Notes: generated by a model from the sequence alone, not told the origin. A stretch of DNA of 63,448 bases, filler included, from Reticulomyxa filosa (GCA_000512085.1; 12 parts of 12 records of this genome joined end to end with filler, not necessarily neighbours in it); one strand, 5' to 3'. Shown: positions 39,708 to 51,185, numbered from the whole stretch's first letter. A program made the numbers and translations.

Positions 39708-40546
39708 ATGGCAACGTCTACTAAAGAGGCTGAGCCATTAGTCGAAACTAAATCTCGTTTTGAAAGTGACTTTGACACATCTAGAATTCGTCATGACCGA
39801 AAAGAAAAGGCGAAATGTCAGTCATTTTTAGACTATGCTCTTCAAGACCGCCAAATCCATCATGTGATAAATTCACTGAGGATCCATGGATGTGAGATTG
39901 ACAAGTCCTATTTTAGTTGTCAAAAATGCAATATTGAAGATACAGATGCGTCAAAATTTGGCGATAACAGCAGCCGTTTGTTAGCATTCAAGCAACAAAA
40001 ATTAAATGGTTGTCAATTCTTGCCAAATGAAAACGAATTCAAAATGACAGCAGTAAAAATATTCTGAAAGAAGGCAAAAATAAAATTGAGGTTTTGCCGC
40101 CACAAATTGTATTATGTTGTAATAATCCGGCATTGATGTCAAATTATCACAACTTCCGAAGTAAGTTGTTGCACGAACTAATAAAAATGTTTGATTGGTC
40201 ACGTGCCCATGTAAATTGGAATGACTGTGTACATTTGGCATGTATGGAAATTCGTGCGTCGCGCATTAGTGGAGAATGCAACCCAGAATATAAGGACCAA
40301 ATGTACGAAAATATTGTGAATAAACCCGTATCACATCGTTCAAAATGGAACTTAAGACACAGCACTCAAATGAGTGGCGAAGGCCTTAGATGTATCCGAA
40401 AAAATGCGAGCTTAAGAGTTGACCAGTATGAGCATTGCCACTCTGCCAATGGAACTGGTGAAAAAGCATGGGAATCGATTAACCAGGCCTGGTTTACTTG
40501 TTATCGAGACATTGATCCCATGTTTGACCCTAATGACGCCTGGTAG
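39708..40546 (+). CDS. ATP23: Mitochondrial inner-membrane ATP23 (peptidase M76) homologue; frame break or short intron at ~40030-40090
   Basis: IVLCCN..LLHELIKMFDWSRAHVNWNDCVHLACMEIRASRISGEC..CIRKNASL..CYRDIDP matches Atp23. Confidence 0.85.
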
Positions 40547-40931
40547 TGGACGTAATTAGAAATTTCAGGAAAATGATAGCCTGACAAAACCCAACTCAAA
40601 AAAGGCTTTCTGTATCACTCTCAGGCATATTTTTAGCTCCAAAAACTTTCCACAATTTTTCTTGTGTGCAGCAGACTCCATCCATATAACACATTCCATT
40701 CGATAAAATAGAATTTCGATTTTTTTTTTCTAAACGGTTAAATGTAGCGAAAACATTAAAACATAATTAAATTGTTTAAAATTTCTCTCCCTGCCCACTA
40801 GGCCTTCCGTCTTTTACTGCAAAAAGTATCTTAAGAACCACATTTATTAAAACTTGAAACCAAAAAAAAAAAGCTCACATTTCTTTTATTTTGAATTAAA
40901 ATTCTATTGTTTTTTTTTTTGAAAATGATTT

Positions 40932-42410
40932 CTACAGCAACTCGCCCAAGACTTCAGCAACATTACCTTTTTTAGCGATTAACATCTCTTTAATCAACTG
41001 AGAATCAGTAAAACCCATTTCGGTAATATCATTGAGTTGCGAGGCATATTCAAAGTTGTCCTGTGATTGGACTTGTTTTTCGTTTGCAGGTTTGGATTGC
41101 TTTTCGATTTTGTTTGGATCGTCGTGTTCGTTTTGGTTGGTAGTGGTGATGGATGGATCCAAGGATTGAGTGGTTTGGGATTGAGCGCACGTCAAACAAA
41201 GGTCATATCCACTCGGATGAGCAGTAGGATCTTGCGAGATACAATGATAAATGAACTGTCATCCAGACAATCCTCATCACACAAATCACAATGCACGCCA
41301 ACACCATCAAAATAGGCCTGACTAGGAGTGGTAAGGACCATCGGAACGCCACAGATGCAGGTGCACGGGCAAGGAGTGGACTGGCTTTGTGGAGTGACCT
41401 GAACATCGACAAATAATCGTGGCCCAAAGAAAACTCCATTGCGATTGAGTTTGAAGCAAGCAGAGAAGCGCCCGAGAACAGCCGGAACACGGACCGTAAC
41501 AGATACTTGAGTCGTTTGATCGGGTTTGATAGTAGGTACCGAAAAGGATTGCTGCAAAGGTAAAGACTGGTTGCCTTTTACAAATGACAATATTACACGG
41601 TCATCCCATTCTTGATCTCCACTATTTTTGATTGTCCATGTCCTTGTAATGACGCTATTCATCGGACTGGATATCACGTCGTCATCTTTTGGACTTTTTA
41701 TCCACTCTGCTTGAAACTTTTCTCCTTTTTTCTTATCTTCATGCTCACTCTGCTTTTCATCTGACGCTACATTCGATATCAGTTCACGTCTTTGGATGTT
41801 CCCACACACACACACATACAGAAAATTCTTTTTTTGTTCATTTGTTTATTTATTTTATTTAACTGATCATTAAGGTTCTCGTTAACATTGTCATTGCCAT
41901 TGTCATTGCCATTGTCATTGCCATTGCCATTGTCTTTGTTGTCGTCATTATTTTCGTTAGTGTTATTAGCTTCAGGTTTGTCATTGTTTATTTCATTTTC
42001 ATTTTCGTCTTCATTTTTTTCATTTTCCTTGCTTCTTTTCATACTTTCTTCTACATTTTTCTTCGCAAAGATTGTTTTTTTTTTGAGTTCATTTAAAAAA
42101 AAAGTCGTGTTGTTTTTTCTCACGTTTTGTCCTCCCCTTTCGTAGACTTAACTGTGACGACAAACAACTTCAATGCTTTGCTGCTTTGGGATAACGCACA
42201 ATTGATTGCATCTTCAAAGTCTTGATCATTTGACAATGTAATTTTGTCCTTTTCGGTATCTTCGTACTGGATATGTATCTCGTTCTCCTTTTTCCCAAAC
42301 GCCTTTTCCACAAATAATACTAACGCTGCATAACCATTCTCTTCTGGGCAACGCCAAAGTCGAATGTCTTTTCCATACACTACCTTTATTTTCAAAGATG
42401 TTGACGCCAT
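40932..42410 (-). CDS. NBR1-like selective autophagy receptor A: PB1-FW-ZZ-like-UBA
   Basis: PB1 (KIKVVYGKDIR..QYEDTEKDKITLSNDQDF), FW/NBR1 Ig domain (TWTIKNSGDQEW..GVFFGPRLFVDV), zinc finger (CICG..CDLC..HC..H..GYDLCLTC, with a -1 break at ~41250) and UBA (QLNDITEMGF..KKGNVAEVL). Confidence 0.85.
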
Positions 42411-42870
42411 TTTTTTAGGGGTTACGAAAGAAAACTGTGGAGGTAAAAAAAACTTTTTTTACAGACCAAAAACTATCTCCTGAAAGCAAAATGTGTAAGT
42501 TAATCCTGATTTCGAGTGTGGCAAACTTCAATTGAGATTTTTTCTAAAGTACACTCGGAATAAATATTGATTCACGTATAATGTGTAAAAAAATTGACTT
42601 GTTACAATAATGAGCAACAAAGTATTTTATGCGATCGACTTCCATTTCAATGGTTGTGAGAAGTGAAACATTAAATCTAAACAAAAATATCAAAAAAGTG
42701 TTAGTAATTAGGACTCATCTAAAAAAGATTTCATACGAGAAAAAAAAAGTATCACTAGTATAAATCTCGTTTGTCTACTACTCGGGGTCGATAAATTCCT
42801 ATTGGAGGAAAAAAATGTCAAACGCAATATGGAATCAAAATTGTATGGTAGCAAAAAAAACTTTAAAAGA

Positions 42871-45555
42871 TTAGCAACATACCCCTAATGCGGCACTCAT
42901 ATCTCCTCGATGAGTCAACAGCGAGCGGCGGGCTTTATCTTCATCGAATCCCATGTCAAGTAATTCTTTAAGCTGTTTGGGATACAAAAACTTGGGATCT
43001 GATTCATTGTGTACAGGATTCAAGTCAGGTGCCGAAGGCCTTTCCAGTATTGGATAAGGAGCGCCTTTATCGGTGTCTAAAGGAATTCCGACAGGATTAG
43101 CTTTGGATTTGGAATTTGGGTCGTCCACTACATCTTCATCGAAATTGAGTTTGGGATCGATGACAGGGGGATGTCCCAACTGAGACGTGGCACACGAAGG
43201 ACACAAGTCAAATCCGCCAGAATGAGTTTTTTTATCTCGGCCCCCTGGGCAATGCCACACAAACTTTTTTTGGGGCTTTTTGCACAAATCGCAGTATACT
43301 TTCTGGAAAAATTTATACGTTTTTTTGACTTCCACATATTCCAATTCTTTGCCGCACACGCACAGCAATACATCACTTTCTTTTTGCTTCGGCAAAGGCT
43401 CTGGCAATACCAGTTGCGCCTCGTTCTCAAATGCCTGCTCGTCTTCCAACGCGTTATTAAGAGAAGGCTGTAAGCTTTCTGATCCCATTGCCATAGGGCG
43501 ATTTGGATCCGAAAACGCATTGGCCCCTTTGTTGTCTACATAACCCATTGCTGGTGGCGGCATCATGTTGTTGTAATAAGGGTTACCCAAGTTTGGCACG
43601 GCAGGTGGTCCTTGCATTCCATACTTAATTATCATTCGCAAAAAAAAAAAAAAAAAATTGTCAATAATAACTTCTTGGCAAAATGTATCCAAAAAGAGAA
43701 CGATTATTCGAACATTTAGTTTTTTTTCCCCCTCCCCCCCCCCCCTTCCCTTTGATGCTGTATATTGTTGCTTAGGTTGGTCCGTACATACCATTGGCGG
43801 AGGATAAGCATAGGATTGAGAAGGTGGATATGCATAAGGCGGGACAATGGATATTGGCTGTGATTGCGATGCAGGATTGATAGGAGGAATAGGAGCAGAT
43901 GGTTGCATCGGCACTGCATTTGGATTTATGTTTGCATTTGCAATTGCATTTTTATTATTGTTATCCGCAGGAGCAAGAGCGACCGGCTTATCTACGACCG
44001 TGATCTTGACACGCAAAAGGGGGCCAAATTGAACAGATCCGCACATCAATCGGAAAAACGTTTCGTAAGACCCGGGCGTACTGAACGTGTCGAATCTCAT
44101 ACTGACACACGTCGTGTCTCCAGGCTTGCAATCGGGAATGTGGTAGCCCGTCACGAGCAGGCCATCGCCCTCCACAAATGCCAATTTGCACTGCTCACCA
44201 AAAGTAGAGAGGCCACAGTTTCGTACAGTCCATGTCATTGTGGCGTCGGCATTGGTCAAGAGATCACCGGGATCACTTTCGTCTACGAGTTCGGCATCAT
44301 AAGGTTTGCGTGCTAGTGGCTGTCGTTGATATTGTTTCGAATCGGATTCGTTGGAAGAAAAAGTCGCATCCATTGCATGGCTTTGGCTTTGGCTTTGATT
44401 TTTGTTTTTGGAAATGCGTTGTTGAAGGGACTCTTCGTTCAGTGTTTCGCGGCTTCGCAACATTTCCAAGTCTCGCAATGCACTGTTTCGATTGATACTG
44501 GCCCAACTGTCAGTGCCATATTGATTTGGATTCAATTCGGGTAACTCTTCTTTTTTTTTTGTTTCTTGTCCAATGTCATCAAGTCATTCCAATTTGGATT
44601 TTCCGCCGAGTATAACGCTGTTACGTCACCCGTTTTGTTATGTGAATCCATGCCAGTTGATTCAAGGAGTGTCTTCAGAGCTGCCTATTCACGTGCAATC
44701 GCCAAAGTGTGATTAAAAAAATTTATAACAGCAATACCATTGGCAATAACAATAAATAACAATAATAAAAAAAAAGGTAAATAAAATGAACAAAACAGAC
44801 TTGCTCTTGTTCTTTCTTTTTTTCTTCGACTTTGCGATTCCAATCGTTGACAATTGCATGAACCAATTCATTGTGTTTCTGTTCTTCGTCTTTGCGCTCC
44901 TTCTCTTTTTCCAAGCCCGTGTTCAGTTCCACCAGCTTTTGCAGCAACGCTTGCTCTTCCGTTTTATGTTGTGGTTTTTCTTCTTCTACTTTCGCATTGT
45001 TTTTGGCTTTTTCTCTTTCTCTCTCTATTTCTCTTTCCCTTTCTTGTTGCAGCAGCTCTTCCAACTCTTTTTTCAGTTTGTCTTCTTCTTTTTCTTTTTC
45101 TTTTTCAGTTTTTTTTTCAGTTTTTTTTTCAGTTTTCTTTTCTGAATCTTTTTTGCCCTCTTGAACTAAACTCGTCGCTGGTTTGTCTTCTTTTTTTTTC
45201 TCTTTTTGTGTGTTGCGCGTGGCGACTGGAGGCTGTTGATCGTCGACGTCCTTTTCTGTTTTTTCATCCTTTTCGCTGGCTCTCAATTGCGACTCCTTGC
45301 GAAGTTTTTGCTGCATTTCTTGCATTTCTCTGATTTGCTGTTGCATGGCACCCATCGTCATGGTCACACTTCGCATTATATTATCTTGAGCGTTCACACT
45401 TCCAGCCGGGGCGACTTCGCTTTTTTTGGGAGGAAAAAGGGAAGGAGGAGAAGGATAGGCAACATCGCTACGAACAAATTCTCGGTCCATTTTTTCTCGT
45501 TTTCGTTGTTTCTCTTCCTCTTCCTTCTCTTCTTCTTCTTCTTCTTCTTCTTCTT
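42871..45555 (-). CDS. NBR1-like receptor B: coiled coil-FW-Pro-rich-ZZ-like-UBA, 5'-partial
   Basis: FW domain (TWTVRNCG..FRLMCGSVQFGPLLRVKI), zinc finger (CVCG..CDLC..WHC..H.GGFDLCPSC) and UBA (QLKELLDMGFDEDKARRSLLTHRGD). An in-frame intron at 43624-43791 and an upstream E/K-rich exon within ORF 44723-45490. Confidence 0.8.
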
Positions 45556-45677
45556 NNNNNNNNNNNNNNNNNNNNNNNNNNNNNNNNNNNNNNNNNNNNT
45601 TAATTAATTAANNNNNNNNNNNNNNNNNNNNNNNNNNNNNNNNNNNNNNNNNNNNTTTTAATATAAAATTTATATAG

Positions 45678-47285
45678 GAATTTAACTCTTTTAATATCCT
45701 TTGGAAAGATGATTATACAAGGACACACAAAGAACCACTAAATCCATATTTAACAACATTAAAACAAGGAGTTCAACATTTTAAAGAGAAATTAAAACAA
45801 ATTGAACATTTTATCAAAGGTACAGACGAGCTAATACATTTTAAATATGAATTAGATAATATTAGACTATATAATGATAATGAAGATATATTATTACATG
45901 ATATTTATAAGTATGTTCCTAATTATCCAAATATTCAAATTTTTTGGAAAATAAAAGGGCATTTTATGGTACCATACAAGCGCCTTATTAACATTGAAAA
46001 AGGTCTCTTAAAAGGTCCAGATATCGAATTTGAACAACCAAATGAAAAATCTAAATTCAATCCATTATTATATGAATGTGATGTACAGAAACTTAAAATT
46101 ATGCAAAGTATATTGCGTTTTAAGTTACCACAAAATGATCAATTACATAATCTATTACATGAAATAATAATGAATGGCTATTTATGTGATTTAATTACGC
46201 CTCAAACAGGCAACAAAAAAGATGAACAGCGACTGCACAAATATATTAAAAAACAAATTCATTTCAATAAAAAAAATCCAAATGAATTGATATTAAATGA
46301 TAAAATATTAACAATATTAAATGAATTGAAGATAATATATCATGATGATATTCATAAACAAATGGGATATCCACTTCAACCATGGAATATTTGTGCAATT
46401 TTATTGTATTGTGGTAAATCATGTAATGTTCAATTTAGTTATGATCAAATCAAATATAAACATGATAGATGGTGCTATTTAGATTATTATTTACAAGAAG
46501 CTATTATGGTACTGCACAATCATGAAAAATTTGAAGAACATGAAACAGAATTATATTGCGGATTAAAAAGTGTTAGATTGGAGAATATTGAAGAAATAAA
46601 ATCAGGATTTTTCATAAGTCATGTAAGTACTTCTGATGATATTGAAGTTGCAAAAATGTATAGAAGTGGTCAAGGATGTATTTTACATTTTCATCCTTCT
46701 ATGAGAAGATCACCGTATATCATTAGTTGTGATGTATCATGGATATCTCCATTTGAACATGAACGTGAAATTTTGTTTTCAAGATCTTTCACATGTTTTT
46801 TTTTTGATGAAAAAATGCATAAAGAGGAATGTGGATGGAATGCAAAAATAGAAGAGCAAGACGAATATACACAAATGATATTGTTGACATGGGCACCACA
46901 TGATCAATATTTTCAACAAATTATGCAAATCAGTGAAAAATGGAATCATTCCGTTGATTTAAATCTTATTTATGTAATTTTATTGAGTGCTCAAGAAATT
47001 ATGACATTTGCTAACGTAAATATTAATGAAATCGTGCATCTTGGTTTAAAAAACTTTCAAACGTGGAAAAATAGAAATACAGAATATGAAACAAAAATAA
47101 ATGAGTTTATGGAACATCGTTGTTGTAACCATGATATTAATTTATTATCTATTTGGTTTAGAGATTGCATCAATTATAAAAAAGAATTCACTGCTATCGA
47201 ATTTGCAACATTAAATATCATTCATAATGGATTACCATTTATTGAGAAAGACAAAATAAAGTGGTTAGAAAACAAAAAGAAATGA
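45678..47285 (+). CDS. ADP-ribosyltransferase-fold (R-S-E clade-like) protein, 5'-partial terminal exon
   Basis: The frame is open from acceptor TATAG|45678. Motifs AILLYCG, LYCG (normally LYRG), HVSTS and DVSWISPFEHEREILF (ExE) are spaced as in ART2/VIP2-type mono-ARTs. Confidence 0.65.
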   Translation, partial: EFNSFNILWKDDYTRTHKEPLNPYLTTLKQGVQHFKEKLKQIEHFIKGTDELIHFKYELDNIRLYNDNEDILLHDIYKYVPNYPNIQIFWKIKGHFMVPYKRLINIEKGLLKGPDIEFEQPNEKSKFNPLLYECDVQKLKIMQSILRFKLPQNDQLHNLLHEIIMNGYLCDLITPQTGNKKDEQRLHKYIKKQIHFNKKNPNELILNDKILTILNELKIIYHDDIHKQMGYPLQPWNICAILLYCGKSCNVQFSYDQIKYKHDRWCYLDYYLQEAIMVLHNHEKFEEHETELYCGLKSVRLENIEEIKSGFFISHVSTSDDIEVAKMYRSGQGCILHFHPSMRRSPYIISCDVSWISPFEHEREILFSRSFTCFFFDEKMHKEECGWNAKIEEQDEYTQMILLTWAPHDQYFQQIMQISEKWNHSVDLNLIYVILLSAQEIMTFANVNINEIVHLGLKNFQTWKNRNTEYETKINEFMEHRCCNHDINLLSIWFRDCINYKKEFTAIEFATLNIIHNGLPFIEKDKIKWLENKKK

Positions 47286-47836
47286 AATTTGCAAAACAAT
47301 ATTTTTTGAAAATAATATTTTTTTGTTAATAATCAACTGAATGAAAATTTCCACGCAAACTTAATTTCAAAGAATTAAGGAAATGTTGTCTATATTCAAT
47401 AATTACATATAACATTCAACTTTATTAGTCTTATGCTACTTTCTTCAAATAAATTGTAATAAAAAAAAAACATTGCAAATACCAATTAGTCTAAAATTTG
47501 CTTAACAAAAGTTGATTGATTAGAGAAAAAATTTACTTTACTTAATTCAAAAAACAACATTTAATCAAAATTTTTTTAACTGCATGATTCTCTTTGGTAT
47601 CAATTTTATTAAGGTTTTATAAGTGTTTGTTTATATTTTTTCCCATTCTGTTTCGAATTCGTTCTAAAGTTCTTCTGTGGTATTAAATGGTACTTTTTTG
47701 TGAATCATTGTCTTTACTATCCACCAAAGATTTTCANNNNNNNNNNNNNNNNNNNNNNNNNNNNNNNNNNNNNNNNNNNNTTAATTAATTAANNNNNNNN
47801 NNNNNNNNNNNNNNNNNNNNNNNNNNNNNNNNNNNN

Positions 47837-49086
47837 TATAGCGTTTTGCTTTACTTTGCGATTCTGCTTCCCGGATACCATGTTTTTGAGTTACTTTTTT
47901 GTTATGTGTAATAAGATTTTTATAGAAATTTGCATAATCTACTTCAATCGTTCTTACTGATTGTATCTCGATTTTTGTCTGTTATATCTCCTATTTTGTG
48001 CTTGTACTTCTTATTCAAATCTACTTTGTGTAAGTACTAGTGCAGCCTCTGTATCTTCAAGTATCGTTGGGTTTTGATCTTATACCAATTTGCGTATTAA
48101 TCAACCCAATGAATCTAATAACACCTCCATTAACCTTTCATAAGAAGGCTTCAACCTCTTTCTTGCTGGTACTTTACATTCAGCAGCGTAATCTAATTCC
48201 AATTTTAACGCTCACTTTGCTTTGCGCCAACGTAGCAGAATGTCAGCTGGTCCTTCAAAACTTTTTGTTCTAAAGTGTAACAAGTCATTCGTACGTTCAA
48301 TTACATGATGTTTCCCTCCGAACATTGTACACAGCACGCCATCAACTCAGAAAATGTTTGTTGTTGTTCCGCTACCACCATATCATGTACTTCAAATGAC
48401 AAACATTGCGACAACATATATCTCATGCAAAATTTATCGGAAAGATGATAAGTTGCTTTCAATGCTAAAAATTGTCTCCTCCAGCTAGGAAAATCATCTC
48501 TACTTCCCTTGAAAATGTATCGGAATCTATTTGATGAATCCATTGCTAACTTCATTACAATGTCATCAGCACTATCAGCTAGATCATTTTTATCATCGTT
48601 ACAACATAGTTTCACAACATGTGGTCTTTCACTTGGTAGTACTGCAGCTCGAATGCCGTTTATCTCCGACTTGAGATTCATGTTACCGTTATCACCTTGA
48701 TAACTTTGGCTAACATTTGATTTCGACTCATGCAGCTGCACTTTACGAGATAATAATTTAATCTGCTCTTGTAGCATAGACAATTGTTGTTTTAATGAAG
48801 CTTCATCTTTGTCATTACAAACTGATCTCCGATCCAAGTTTTCTTTCGCATCGACGTCAAATCTATCTAAAACAAAACTTTTGTCAAGCACTTGCTCATT
48901 GGTTTCTATATCGTTGATATCATTACTTTTTGAGCTGATGTTTAACCTTTTACATTTAACAGACAGTCGTAATTTTGATGACACAATTTGTTCGTTGTCT
49001 TTAATTGGTTCGCCAAACTCTATCAACTTTTGCCTCAATATTTTCGGACTCATTTTTAATATCTCTTCGTCAGTTGGTAATATCAT
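47837..49086 (-). pseudogene. Decayed LTR-retrotransposon gag
   Basis: FKGSRDDFPSWRRQF..LSD capsid-like motif. After a frame break the sequence continues LLDSLG*LIRKLV*DQNPTILEDTEAA with several in-frame stops. It lies directly downstream of the LTR and PBS. Confidence 0.7.
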
Positions 49087-49149
49087 ACTGTTGTTGCTAT
49101 TCTGATGCCATTTTCTCTTCTTTTTTTTTTTTGTGTTCGATCGCTGTAA

Positions 49150-49161
49150 CAGTGGGTACCA
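49150..49161 (-). promoter_or_regulatory. Putative primer-binding site TGGTACCCACTG
   Basis: Begins TGG (complement of tRNA CCA) 2 nt after the LTR's terminal CA on the minus strand. Cognate tRNA not identified. Confidence 0.6.
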
Positions 49162-49163
49162 AA

Positions 49164-49378
49164 TGTAAGAGCTGCACTAAATGTAATACGAAAATTGATA
49201 AACTCTTTCGAGCAGATTTTCAACAACTTAAAGTAATTTAAATAAAGAAAGAAATAGCAAAAACAATAACGAAAGAGTAAAATGAAAAACACAAGAAAGG
49301 TTGTTGTGAAAAGTGGGTAAAAGTTTAACCCACCGTGGGCTCATCAGCCCCTTTTACTTTATAGGAGCTTCTCCTACA
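49164..49378 (-). mobile_element. 5' LTR (215 bp) of the gag-bearing retrotransposon
   Basis: Minus-strand TGTAGGAG...CTCTTACA with 7/8 inverted termini and a TATAAA near its 5' end. Homologous to 8907-9142. Confidence 0.75.
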
Positions 49379-49562
49379 GTNNNNNNNNNNNNNNNNNNNN
49401 NNNNNNNNNNNNNNNNNNNNNNNNTTAATTAATTAANNNNNNNNNNNNNNNNNNNNNNNNNNNNNNNNNNNNNNNNNNNNATATTTCAAAAAAATCTATT
49501 CCATATGAAGTGAATTTTTATTCGAAAACAAATGATAATTTGAAATATTGTCGGCTTTGTGC

Positions 49563-50679
49563 TCAAAAAATCATAGTGATAAGTTGCAAAAAAGAGTGTA
49601 ATTGAGCCCATGTATTGTAATAACCTTGCAAGTAATGAGCCCACGTTCTTCGATTCCATACTAATTCCACACCTGCCCACCAATTGGCACCATGATAGAA
49701 TTCAGCCATCACCAAAGCGAAAAACAAACATGAGAACACAGCACTCAAAACAGCCAAAAAGCCCATAATCACAGTAATAACCAACCCACTTGTTTGAGAT
49801 TTTAATCGGCTTCTATCCACCAACAAAATGACCACAATAGCAATGAAATACGAAAATAACCAAAAAGGCGAGTAAACAGCAAGTCCAGGGATGGCATGAG
49901 TGAAATACACTGGAACGTAGAAAAAGAGTCCAGTGCAAATGTATGTACACCAATAAACTCCTTGCCATGGATTTGATAGACATGCCTTACACAAGTTCTT
50001 TATACCTGCTCTTGAAAGAGCAAATGATTTGGCATTCTCTTCTTGCGTTGCGTTCTGCAGACATAAATGTGAATATCCAAAAGCGAAACAGAGTAACAAT
50101 GACAATAAGAACAAATTTTTTTAAAAAAATGAACAGTGCAAATTTCACACAAAATATACAAATATCCACAAATCATACAAGTATAAATTTCAATGACCAA
50201 TATGCTACTATTGTCTTTCCATTGCTGCTACTGAGAAATATTTGTGCATAACATTGATAGTGATTCCAGTTGGAATGACGATTTCGATTAGCTTTCATAT
50301 AATCGGCAAATGTAATTACATCTGTGACTGTCACTGCCATTATTGCGATTGTTTCATAAATCACAAGTCCAGTTTTGATCCTGTTAAACCATCTGTGACG
50401 CGCTATTGCGAGGAACCGCATTTTTAGCCTGTCTGTTATTGACTCAGCTTGGATTGTCTCTGTTGTCGACGACATCAAAGGTTCGTACTTGTCCTTTTGA
50501 CTTGCAATGTTTATGCTTTTGTCCGATCGATTTATTTTACTATCGGATGCAGCAGAGTGGTTTGAACGCAAGCGAAATATATCTTCTATCACAAAAAATA
50601 AAAATAATTGCCAAATACAACCCAAAAGAAACATTGACCAAGGGGTTTGATAGGATTCAAGAGCTTTATCACAACCCAT
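49563..50679 (-). CDS. Hypothetical multi-pass membrane protein, 2 exons
   Basis: Two hydrophobic ORFs join in frame via CTT|GTATGA...CTGCAG|AAC, giving about 6 TM-like segments. Family unknown. Confidence 0.55.
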
Positions 50680-50952
50680 TCTATCGCGCTTATTTAAGGA
50701 TTCACACGGTCAAACCAGGCAACGCTTAGAACGTTTTTGTTTTGAAATGTTTGTTTAATTAATAAAAATATCCAATTTTGTCTAAAAATGAAGTTCTTGG
50801 TAATTCTCTCTAATTTTTTAGTTTGGAATTAGTGTCCATCAATACCGTGATTATTATGGAAGTGTAAGTAGTTAAAATTAGTTAATTTATCTATTCTTAA
50901 TTTTGATTATCCCACTGATCGATTTTTAAATGAACACGTATTACCTAATGTT

Positions 50953-51185
50953 TGTAGTAGTGAGCGTTGTCAGAAATCTAAATGAGCCTCAGAACTCCCT
51001 TTATTCTGGTTCACACTCACTTCACTACTCAGTCTTTTATTTTTCTTACTTTTGCTTGTTTGTTCTAGGTCATTATTTTTTCGTTATTTAACAAATTTCG
51101 TTTTGTTGAAGGTTTGCTCAGGAGGGCTTGACCAGCCTTTCGTACTACGTTTTGCGCAGTTCTTTCCAGCAGTAGACATCCCATA
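50953..51185 (+). mobile_element. Divergent LTR-like element, opposite orientation
   Basis: Starts TGTAGTAG. Its 3' part TTTCGTACTACGTTTTGCGCAGTTCTTTCCAGC..GACATCCCA aligns with the reverse complement of 26610-26654 (TTTCGTATTACATTTAGTACAACTTCTTCCAGCTGACGTCCCA). Confidence 0.4.

Noticed and set aside
48310-48316. In-phase G GGA AAC slippery site just before the gag ORF stop
   Set aside because: The -1 frame already reads gag-like (VLCTMFG) upstream of the heptamer, and the downstream frame is full of stops. A deletion in a dead element is more likely than programmed frameshifting.
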